A stretch of DNA of 64,000 nt from Podarcis tiliguerta (taxonomy: Eukaryota), in the NCBI GenBank assembly GCA_965153285.1, contig OZ229122.1. One strand, 5' to 3'. The notes under the pieces were generated by a model. The model did no database searches. It worked only from the letters and a program-made list of their open reading frames with translations, and was not told the origin of the DNA. Below, piece after piece: positions 26,401 to 38,361 of the stretch (positions are counted from its first letter, which is position 1; each line of letters starts with the position of its first letter). The position numbers and the translations under genes were made by a program.

Positions 26401-27264
26401 TTCGTGCTGTTGAGCTGTACTGATCTATTGTTTTGGAGCTGTTAGTCCAGCCTTCACTAAGGGGCATCCTGGCGCTGGGACTGATGAGAGTTGTAGTCCA
26501 AAACATATGGAAGGTAGCACCTGGTTGGCCGAATGCTGTGTTGCTATGGGGACTCTAGCTGCTAGACAGCAGCCCAAATAAATCTCAGGTGGGAAGGATG
26601 CTATTGCACTTAGGTCCTGCTTGTGGGCTCCTCCTAGGCACCTGCCTGGCCACTGTGAGAACATGATGCTAGACTAGATGGGCCATTGACCTGGTCCAGC
26701 AGGTCTCTCCTTATGCTCTTTGCCTACAGTGAGCTGAGAAATATTTCACTCTGTATGGAAGAATCATAGAATCGTAGAGTTGGAAGGCACCCTGAAGGTC
26801 ATCTAGTCCAAGCCCCAGCAATGCAGGAATCTCAGCTAAAGCATCCATGACAGATGGCCATCCAACCTCTGCTTAAATACCTCCAAGAGTACTATGGAAT
26901 CCAGTTAAGATGACTTTAAAGCCCTAAACAGCCTCGGTCCAGTATACCTGAAGGAGCGTCTCCACCCCCATCATTCTGCCTGGACACTGAGGTCCAGTGC
27001 CAAGGGCCTCCTGGCAGTTCCCTTGCTGCGAGACGCCAAGTTACAGGGAACCAGGCAGAGGGCCTTCTCGGTAGTGGCACCCACCCTGTGGAACGCCCTC
27101 CCACCAGATGTCAGGGGGGGGGAACTACCAGACTTTTAGAAGACATCTGAAGGCAGCCCTGTTCAGGGAAGCTCTTAATGTTTAATAGGTTTTTGTATTT
27201 TAATATTCTGTTGGAAGCCGCCCAGAGTGGCTGGGGAAACCCAGCCAGATGAGCAGGATATAAA

Positions 27265-27303
<39 letters not shown>

Positions 27304-30300
27304 TTGTCCCTAAAGGAACAACCATGGCCCCATCTCCAGCCATACATTTAAGTTTCCCCAAAATATGTGTGCATAAGCTTCTCCCAGAAGCCATTCAAAA
27401 TAAGTGTGCCCAAAGCAGACAAATAAGTGAGTTGCCTGCTGGCATTGGCTCCAGTCTGCCTATCTAAGCAAGTCCAAGACTCCAGAGGTTTCTAAGAGAG
27501 AAGGGGAGCGCTTTGCACAGCAGGAGACTGAGTACAGACCTTTGCTGTAGATCTTGACTGTTGCCTGAATCCAAAGTGCACGCCTCTCATCCTATGTTCT
27601 TTCCTACGGCAGGGAGACAAAGGTGACCAGGGTCCTCCAGGAGAAAGAGGACTTCCTGGGGAAAGGGGGCTAGCAGGCAACCCAGGCCAACCTGGACCTG
27701 CAGGACCCCCGGGACCTCCAGGCCAGTCCCTTCCAGGAGCTCCAGAATGTGGTGGTGCCAATGGTGGAAATGAAAAGGTGAGACTGGGCCGGGGGAGAGA
27801 ATTGAGGTCACTTCCTGATGAGTTGTTTGTTGAGCATTCATCCCGATTGGCTTCCACAAAGTTTGTGGAGAGGTTAGACAGCTCTGATTTATTTGGGGGG
27901 GGGGTTATGACGTCACATCAAGCGGCTATCGTCACACACCTTCCTGTGTGTTTTCCCATCACTTTGGTTATCACAAAAAAGACTGATTTGGGGTGGGGGG
28001 AGTGTGGTTGTTATGCAACAGCACCAAATCAACTTTAATTGGGCAACCGGAATGTGCCAATATGTGATTGATCCACAGCGGAAGATAGCAACACTTTGGA
28101 AGCACAGAGGCCAGGGGGGTTTCCAGGCTATGTGCATTAAAATCTTTTTCCAGCGCTTTGAAGTATCATCAACTTTATGAGCAAATGCTTTCAGGCTTTC
28201 AGGGAGGTTTCTAACACTTTGGCCCATGCTTTTCCCAGGCATAGGAGAGATGTCCAATCCAGATTGGGACTGCAGCAAGGGGAAAGTATTAAAGTCCTCC
28301 CTGCCAGGTTCCCAATGCCTGCCGTTTATTTATTTTTTAAAAGCCTTTCATGCAGCTGCTATTTTTTGGGAACAGCTTCTCTTCTGCTTTGGCCCTACGA
28401 CACTCACACATGCATTATATCAGCACAAGGTAGACATGGAATTGCAGCCCTGTCATGTCTTGTTTATCTTTTAAACCTAGTTCTTACTGAAGCGATAAGC
28501 TTTTATCGGGACTACAGATTGTGGGTGGGAGCTCGCATGGTTGAATACAAAGAAATTCCCTGCACACTGCGCCAGACTTCTCCCTTACATGCTAGCTTTC
28601 TGCATTTGGGGTTTTTTTGTGGAGGGAAATATTATCGCGTTGCTCCCACCTCCCATCTGAAGTGATCCAACTCCGACCCAGGTATATCCTCTCAGGAAGA
28701 ACTACCGGTAGATCTTAGCTTTGGTTTCCTAAGAAGTCAGAAATCTTGACAAATGCATTAGCAACTTCCCAAAGATGCTGAGCGATATTTTCTCTGCCTC
28801 TTAAAAGATCAACAACACACCTTGTGCCTCTTTTGTCATTTTCCCTAGGGGGTCAGCATCATGGAAGGGCCCCCTGGTCCAATGGGCTACCCAGGTCTTC
28901 CTGGGCCTCCAGGATACCCTGGTCAGGAAGGACCCCAAGGGCCCCCTGGCCTTCCAGGGCACGAAGGTCAGCAAGGTACGCCAGGCCTCCCTGGCACACC
29001 AGGCCAGCCTGGCCCACCAGGATCCACAGGGCCTGCAGGCATTCCGGGGCCAGTGGGGGCAGAGGGAATTCCCGGAGCCATGGGCCCTGAAGGGCATCCA
29101 GGACTTCCAGGCCACATGGGGCCACCAGGACCACCAGGCACTCCTGGGCAGAAAGGGCCTCCAGGACGAGAAGGGCTTCCAGGGAAGGACGGGCCAAAGG
29201 TAAGCAGCGCTGAAAGTGGGGTCATAGGTGAACTGTCAGAGGTGGGCGGCCTAATAGCAGGAAGGCAGGATGGAAGGGAAAGAAAAGCTAAATAAGATGA
29301 GCAGGAACAGGGACATGAACTTGCAGGCCTCCTCCTACCTACGCCCTGTAACAATGACAGGTATTTTGCTAGCTGGTAGATAAATGCCTGAATTTCCAAA
29401 GGAATTTGGGTGGGTCTCTGCTTGCCTTGAAGCAGACTGGGTGGGTGGGTGGGTTGGTGTGAGTCAGAGGCGAGGGACACCAAGCCTACATTTCTCTTTA
29501 TAAAAATAATAAAAATAATAATGAAAATGTTGGTGCAGTGGTACCTCAGTTGTCGAACGTTATCTGTTCCGGAAGACCGTTCGACTTCCAAAACATTCGA
29601 CAACTGAGGCGCAAAGGGCCATCTGCAATTTCCATTGAGAAAACTGAAAAACACACAGCAGAAGCCATTCAGCTTCCGAGGTGTGTTCGAAAACAGAAGC
29701 AATTACTCCTGGGTTTTCGGCGTTCGAAAAACAAAACACTCGGCTTCTGAGATGCTCAGAAACCGAGGTACCACTGTACTTACAAACTTTGGCTTTCTGT
29801 TTTAGGACTTGTGATAATGTTTGTGGTTTATTCTTGCAGGGTGAGAAAGGTGAGGTTGGCCTACAGGGCCCTCCTGGCAATCCAGGTATAAAAGGTGAAA
29901 TGGGGCTTCAGGGTGCACCTGGGCCCATGGGTCCTCCTGGTGAGAATCAGGTGAGTGGAAATGCACTTTGCTCTGAGCTAGCATGCTCTCTGATACCCAT
30001 CTGGGATTGCTTACTTATGGCACACTAAGGCCGTGTACACATTCCTACTTACTCTGCATCCAGTGCTCTCCCACCACTGGTTTGTGAAGACATATACACA
30101 CAACACTAACCACAATCCACACCTGTCCTGTAGTGTCTTGAGGAACATTGCATTCTGACGTGTTTTCCTCCCACAAACCAGCTTCCATCTGATCATGAAA
30201 GCCATATGAAGGCATTAGGGTTGCCTGACCTCCAGGTCTGACCCGAAGTCCTCAGGTTTGCCTGCCCTCCATCCAGGTGGCAGGTGGAGGGTTTGAATGT

Positions 30301-33300
30301 CCAGGTGAATGGGAGTGCCTTTAATAATAAAAATTATTATTAATAGAACTATGTATTCAGCTTGCAGGCTCTAGCCCAGCAGGAGCTGGCTGCAAATTAT
30401 AGCACAGACACTCTGAGCGATCTGCCCTCCTTCTCCTCTCCCCTCTCCCAATTAACTTCTGTCTCCATGATCCACCGGGGGCCTCCCCCCAGAACATCAA
30501 ATAAATAAATAAAAAGGAGTATTCCCTGGATGCCTAGAACCAGGTTTGGGGCAAGTGCTCTTTGGTTAGAGGAACCCCAGCAGAGATTTAAAATCGCAAA
30601 ATATGCAGCAAAGTAAAGAGTGGAAATATAGGCTATTAGATTTTTAAAAAATCCCTTCTAAGTTGCTTCCAAAATTCCCCTCAGTGGCAGCCTTTGGTCT
30701 CTCAAATTTCAGTAGCACCATGTGCAACACTAAAATTCCGCACGCATCCTGCCTCTTGCACTCCATTCTAAAGCATTGTTTTAGCGCCCCCTGCAATGCG
30801 GGGCCCAGTGTGACCCTTAAACCGCTTCTGTTCCCTCTTCCCTTAGCACAGAAAGAGACCACATGTAAGTGGTTTACTTACAATCTCTTCAACAGTCATA
30901 TTCATGTGTTTTTCCATACATCAGCAAGAAAACACAGGCAGTAAAACATAGGTTCCAAAGTGGTGAATGCTTCTAAATTATTTGTATAGAAACACAAAGA
31001 TAGCTTGCTTACGCCACATGGCCTTAGCTTGAAGCATCCAACTTAGACCTCCTTACAGGTAGGATTCACATGATAATCCTTCGACCCAAGGTAAGGGGGA
31101 GTGACCTAGCCAAGCCTGGCAAGACAGCTTGCTCTATGATCTTCAAGCCTTCGTGCATTAATTAGACTTAAGCATGTTGGTTATATGAGGCTGCTTATCC
31201 CACAGAAGTGGGGTAAGATGGCCCCAAAGGCAAGCTTGTGTATAACTTAACTTTCATCGAAACTTTCAAGACATTATGACCACAGACATGAGCCTGCCAA
31301 AGCATAGGGTGATCCTGGTTACATTTTAGAAGCTAAATGGAACCTAGAATTGTGATAGTTATGAGGCTTCCGTTGCTTCCTATTGATCCTTGGGCCCTTG
31401 CCCCTCCATGCGGGACTGCTTTTTATTCTTCCTTGCCCCTTCCATTTCCGCCTTCCACTCCCCCAGTTGTTGCAAAAAAGAGAGAGGAGAAAATCCTTTT
31501 CCTTAACGGACGTTGAAAACTATACATATGTTTTATAAATATAAACAGGTATGTGCAAAAATTGTTCTTAATTGGCACATAAACACCAAAGTCTGCCAAC
31601 AACACAGGTCCAAAGGATCTGTCACTTGTGCATGGGCAGTTGTTGGGGGGGTGTTCCTTATGGGTTGCATCAATGCCCTTCTCTTCTCTCTTTGTAGTGC
31701 AACACTCGTGCAAGAGTTCCTGGGCCTCCAGGTCCTAAGGTGAGTATGACGCCTATCAAGTAACATGGCAGAGATGGGGGGGGGGGAGCAGTGGCCTTCC
31801 AGATGTTCTTGGGCTCCAGCTCCCTTCAGTCCCAGCCATCAATGTCAATGGTGAGCGATGATGGGGGTTGTAACCTGACACCTGCAGGGCTGCAGGTTCC
31901 CCAGCTCTACTTACACTAGCATGCTTTCGAACTGCTAGGTTGGCAAGAGCTGGGACAGAGCAACAGGAGCTCACCCCGTTGCGGGGATTCGAACCGCCGA
32001 CCTTCCGATCAGCAAGCCCAAGAGGCTCAGTGGTTTAGACCACAGCGCCACCCTTTCCCCCCATCCCTGTCATACCAGCAGGAGAAACAAGGTGGTGCAG
32101 GAAGGGCATCCAAAATCTCTGTGTGGGGGCAACCACTACAAATACAATGGCGTGTAGTTAAGTTGTGGACTAGAGCTGACTTTGGATACCCTGGAAATTC
32201 TTTTCCTTCCTCACTTTCACCACCCTCTGCCCCCAGTTACAAGGGGAAGAGTGGAGAGATGGGTGGTGGGCTGCCTCTCCTTCCTTTCTCTTTGGGTGAT
32301 TCCCTTTCTTCAGAAGGATGCGGTAGGAGCCCTCGCTCACGGAGCCCACCTCAAAGTTTTCATCATGAGCTGAAAGGATGGAAAAATTGGGAAACCCAGA
32401 GAACCCATGGTCGCAAATTCTATTCATCCCTGTTTGTAGCTGTGTTTATTTTTGCTCACATCCTCTTGCGAAATGTGTCTCTTCCTCCCGGAAAAAAAAC
32501 ATCCTTTTGTGTGTTTCTTCAGCATTTATATTCCTGCCATCTTATCTTCTCCCTGCTTCTCTGGTCTCTGTTTTGCCTTGTATCAAAAGCAGAGCGGGTG
32601 TGAGTCAGAGTTGAGGGACTCCAAGCGTACATTTTTCTTTTAAAAATAAATAAATTAGTACTTACAAACTTTGGATTTCTGTCCAGCTGTCTCTCCCTTT
32701 CCCTCCACCTTCCTCTGCTTCTGCCTTGCCTCTTGCGTATGTTCGCATCGGTGCTTTAAAACACAGCAAGGTTTGCTCCAATTCAGCTATAAAATGGGAA
32801 AGTGCCGGGACAAAAAAAAATCCCTGCAGTTCTGAAGCATGGACCTGTGCCTGCAGAGTGCAGTGCAAAAGGAAGTATAGCTAAGCCCTTAGTTTCATGC
32901 CTGCAAGGGGCCTGTCAAATCAGTTAATCGTGGATTAATCCTGGAATTCTAGAGCTGGAAGGGACCCTGAGGGTCATCTAGTCCAACCCCCTGCAATGCA
33001 GTAATCTGAGCCAAAGCAGACATGCAAGGTGGCCATCCAACCTCTGCTTAAAAGCCTCCAAGGAAGGAGAGTCCTCTCTTTGCAAAGAGCAGTGCAAAAT
33101 AGGCAATCGTAAGAACTTTTGGGTATCAGCATGAGTTTGTGTGTGTGTTTGACTACAAGGCCACAGACTTCCTGAGTTCATACTTTTAAGGTGCAGGGAA
33201 GCTGCCTGCAACTTTAGATCTGCTTTGCTGGGTTGTAGCAAAAGCCCGTTTACTGCTCCAGCCATGTATTCCCCTGTAATCATTTCAGAAGCAAAGAGCT

Positions 33301-36300
33301 GCAACCAAACCTAGAGGACAAAGCAGCAGTTAGCCTCATCACACCCTGAACAGAATCAGCAGCACAAGTTTGTACACTGGGCAGGGGAAGCTGCTGTGAA
33401 GAAAGGCCTGTTTTGAACCTAGAGACTCTAAATACGGGGTGATTTAGAGTCCTCACGAACCATCAGCTTCAGGCAGTGCTGCCCACAGTGTCCTTTGAGT
33501 TGGCGAGCCACCCTGCCTTCTTCCCGAAATTGGGTGTGGTGGGGAAAGAACCATCCCCAGGAGTGTCGTTCTCTAACTTAAGAGCTCCTGATCCTATCAT
33601 AAGCTTATGAATAGGCTTGTCGCTGTGTCCCTGGCTGTACCTATAAGTGTGTCATGGTGATTTGACCTCCCATTTGGTTTCTTTTCTTCCCCCTTGCAGG
33701 GTGAAAAAGGAGAACCTGGAGAACGGGTACGTAGTTGTGCAAAGAGGACCCACATCTTCAAAGCACTGTGATGCATTCTTCTTCTTCTTCTTCTTCTTCT
33801 TCTTCTTCTTCTTCTTCTTCTTCTTCTTCTTCTTCTTCTTCTTCTCATTCAAAGGCCCTTCATTGTGTTTTCTTACCCAGGATTGCTGCAACTGCCCTGG
33901 AGCAACAAAAGCTGACTCTGACTCCTGGACACCTTTTACCTACCAAGAGGTACACTGAAATATGTTTGCCAACACCCTGCCATTTAGGATTGGTGGTCTT
34001 AACACTGAGTGCATGGGGCAGTGTTTCCTCCAAGGATCAGTTAAGGGGAAACTTGTGCTTGGTATCTGCTACAAGCCTTTGTCTGTGGAGGAACAAAAAG
34101 CAAAGGCGGAAGTCAGTGGAGGGCAAAAGGTATTTTAGTGGGCTTCCAGTGCTAGTCTGGATTGTCATGGGCCAGGGGTCAGCAAACTTTTTCAGCAGGG
34201 GGCTGGTCCACTGTCCCTCAGACCTTGTGAGGGGGCAAGACTATATTGGGGGGGGGGCACAAATAACCCAGAGATGCATTTTAAATAAAAGCACACATTC
34301 TACTCACGTAAAAACACCAGGCAGGCCCCACAAATAACCCAGAGATGCATTTTAAATAAAAGGACACATTCCTCTCATGTAAAAACATGCTGATTCCCGG
34401 ACTGTCCAGGCCGGATTTAGAAGGTGATTAGGCTGCACATCTGGCCCCCAGGCCTTAGTTTGCCTACCCATGTCATGGGCCATATTGGAGGAGGTGTTTC
34501 CCCAGGATCTCCTCTTAGGGTGCATACAGGTTGTAGAAAAAACACCCCAAAACTCAACCAACAATTCTGTCCCACTGCTTCTCCTCATACCCAAGAGTTC
34601 CATCATATTGATACATGCATGTTCCAAAGCAATGCCAATTTTAATATTTAGGCATGGCTTAGTAAAAAAAAAAAATGTTGCCACCGTTCCTGGCCTATTT
34701 ATTTATTTACTTACTATTTCACATCACAAGATTTATATGCCGGTTGACTGTAACAAAGCCTCAAAGTAGTTTATAGAAAGAGCCAAAAATGCAGTGTCAA
34801 TAGACTCTCCCAGCTTGTACTAATGGTGGTTGTGTTCCAAAGTGTGACCTGCCATGGGTGTAAACATCCTGAATTTCTGCAGTCAATGGGGAAAGAGGCA
34901 GGGGTGTGTGTGGCTTATGTATTAAGTAAAAATGACATGGGTGGGCAAGATGTGCCCGTGAGCAATATCAGGATATTGAGTTGGCGTCTTTTTCTTCTCC
35001 TCCTCCTCCAGAATGGCAAAGGAGACCTTGAGATATATGGCTCGATTGCCAGCCGTGTAAGCCAGCCATTTCATCTTCTCCAACAAACCTTGGTTTGGTT
35101 TTGGTTGTGTTTTTTTTTTTAAATTGTATCTTGCCTTCAGAATGTGCTGTCTTCCCAATCTTGGCCTTTTCCCTTAAAAAAAAAACCAGAACAGATAAAA
35201 AGAAGCAATTTTGCCTAAACTGGGAGTAGGGAACCTTTTTCAGTCTGAGGGCTGGCTTTCCTCGTGGCAGCCTTATGGGGTCCATGTGGTAGGTGTGGCC
35301 AGAGGCAAAAGTGGGTGGAGCAATGGATGCGACTCCTACCTTTGAACAGGTGGATACATTCCAGCCATGCAAAAGTCACAAGTTTCAGCACACATGCATA
35401 CAAACCATCCCTCCATCCAAGCTAGCAGGCAGGGCTAGCCCAGGACGCTAGAGACAAAACACAAATTGCTGCCTCTGTCCCCTCTGCTACATGCTTGCAT
35501 GCTGCTGTGCACCCACCATGCACCTGCCTGGCATGTGACCGCTGTCACATGCATGAATGGGCATGCAGCTGCGAGTGTATGGGGGGGGGAGAGAGAAGAT
35601 CATGAGCGGTGTGCTCCTTAGAGGTTGGATCTGCTGCCCCTCCCAGCTGTCCAGAGCTTGCTGCCTTGAGGCTACTGCTTCATCCTGCCTCATGGGTAGG
35701 CTGGTCCTGCTAGCAGGAGGCGTAATCACAGTTCAAGGCACAGTCCAGCCAGGCAAAAGCACTCGAGAAGGGCTTGGTGATGGAGTACAGGCAGAGAGCC
35801 CCAGAGGGCTCTGCATTTGACCTCTTGACCCCCAGTTTCCACCCACCACCCCAGACTAAATGAGCATTGTATGGAACCAAAGATCCCAGGCTGACTTCCT
35901 TAGAGTATTGGAGTCCCCCTGAGTCTTGCACGAGAAACAGTTGTGCAAGCAGGCAAGCTATTCGCCAGCCCATTCAGACGTCAAGGTGTGAAATGTAATG
36001 GTGTTTGCAAAGTTCGGTTTCAGAATGCAGGTAACACCCAGTGTCTCTGTTCCCTTCTCTGCTTCTTCTAGGGTCCTCCAGGCCCCGCAGGAAATCCCGG
36101 CATGCCTGGGCCCCCAGGCCCTCCTGGACCACCAGGAGTTATTTACCTTAATGTAAGTGATCCTCATCCACTACCCCCCACCAAAAAAACCCACCTCAAT
36201 GTTAGGGGAGATGGAGCAGCCACATGGTATTTAGAAGAGTGACTTGTGGAAAGTTAGGGATCTGTCTCTTCAGCTGTTTTTTAAACATCACATACATGGG

Positions 36301-38322
36301 ATGGGGTTTTTCTTGCTTTGTGGGATTTTGTATCTAATACTGAAAGCTATCCCCCTTTCCGCTTTAACCTGTGTTTTTTCCTTCCCCTGCCTCCCATCTG
36401 TCTCTTTCCAGAGGGTGATCCCTATCCCACCCAGGAGGCATTGCAAGCAACCGGTGAGTTGGCAGGGCCAAATGGCTGCTTTTTCGCTGCTCTCTAATAC
36501 GTCTTGCAAAGACAAGTAGCTCCAGGTTCCACCAAAAGCATCGTTCAGCAATCCAAGCCTCTGTTGCATGAGAGGACAGCCAAAGGAATATTTCCTGTGT
36601 AGAATGAACAGAAATGTTTGGTTCTGGTGTAGCAGCAGCCTTGGCTAAAATATTAGTAGTATTAGTAGTAGTGGTATTTATTACATACCGTATTTTTTGC
36701 TCTATAAGACTCACTTTTTCCCTCCTAAAAAGTAAGAGGAAATATGTGTGCGTCTTATGGACCAAATGCAGGCTGCGCAGCTATCCCAGAAGCCAGAACA
36801 GCAAGAGGGATTGCTGCTTTCACTGCGCAGCGATCCCTTTTGCTATTCTGGCTTCTGAGATTCAGAATTTTTTTCTTCTTGTTTTCCTCCTCCTAAAACT
36901 AGGTGCGTCTTGTGGTCTGGTGCGTCTTATAGAGCGAAAAATATGGCAATTGGCAAATACATTTCATTAATTAATTGCTCTTTACAAAATAAAAAAGGTA
37001 TCAAAGCAGCTTGCAATAATTTAAAATACAAAGTACCATAAGATGAACCACAACCAAAATTTACAGAAATGGTTGGGTACAACAGACAGTGCTGGTCTGC
37101 AGACAAAATTAATGCTGCTGACCCCTGAACTTGGTAGACGCTCCCCACACATAAGACGCAGCCCTGTGGGTTAAGGGTGCCTTGCTCAGCAAGAAGGCCG
37201 ATTTAAAAATCTTTTGATTCAATTTTTCACTGAGTCCCACCCCAAACTGGGCAAAGTGTTTTCTGCACACTCCATTCGCCTCTATAACTTGGCTCATGTG
37301 GTGCTCATCTCTGTGCTCTTTGTTTTCTTCCAGTTGAGCCAGGACCCATCTTTGGATTCAGGTGCGAGCCGTTTTCTTTCTGGCTAATAATGTGCGACTT
37401 CTCTTGCGTATCTGCTCTGCTGCGATTTGATGTGGCTTGCATCTCTATCCAGCATATGGCCAACCGGCAGCCACTTTGTGGGGGGGCGTGCGAGGATATA
37501 GTCTGCAGAGGGTTTTTCTCTGACTCTGCAATCTGTGGTTCCACCGGTTCTTTGCTGAATTCAGCCTGTGGATGACACAATATTAGCCCAGGACTTGCAT
37601 GTACACTTCTAGTAGACATTTAGCTCTAGCCAGTCCCTTCTTCACCACCTTTACAAGGGAAGAGAAACTTGTGGAAATGTATGCAATGTGCCCTGTTTGG
37701 GTGTTTTCTGAGAGTCTTCCTTGCCACCACTGGCAGCATACTGGTCTTGGAATTTGAGCTGTGAGTGTGTTGCCAAGTCAGTAAGGAAGAATTGTTGTCT
37801 GCCAGCCATTCTAATTTAGAACCATTAATATGCAGCACTTCAGGATGTTGTTTACAGACTCTCCTCTTTGGGGGTGGGGAGCTTTTTCTTGTACAGTTGA
37901 TGGAATATTTGCTTCCTGGGATGGATGGTGGCTGGTTAGTTCATTCTGTCCTTTTTTCTGCTGTGCAGATGATGGGCTGTCTTTGAAGGATTCTTCCAAT
38001 GAAAACCAGTATGGGTTTAAGGTAGGTCACCTTCATTCTTCTCCTTTCTGATACTCCCTCCAATAGTTAGTCCAGGGTAAAGAGCTGAACAAGTACAGGT
38101 AGAGGGAACCAGGCAAATGGCCTTCTCAGTGGTGGCACCTACCCTGTGGAACGCCCTCCCATCAGGTGTCAAGGAAATAAACAACTACTTGACTTTTAGA
38201 ATACATCTGAAGGCAGCCCTGTTTAGGGAAGTTTTTAATGTTTGATGTTTTATTCTGGTTTTTTTTCTGTTGGGAGCCACCTGGAATGGCTGGGGAAACC
38301 CAGCCAGATGGGTGGGGTATAA

Positions 38323-38361
<39 letters not shown>

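Noticed and set aside
27492-29880. Gly/Pro-rich minus-strand ORFs
   Set aside because: Antisense shadows of the plus-strand Gly-X-Y exons; all splice signals are on the plus strand.
33597-34337. Poly-Arg/Lys/Phe/Ser ORFs
   Set aside because: Translations of the (TTC)n microsatellite.
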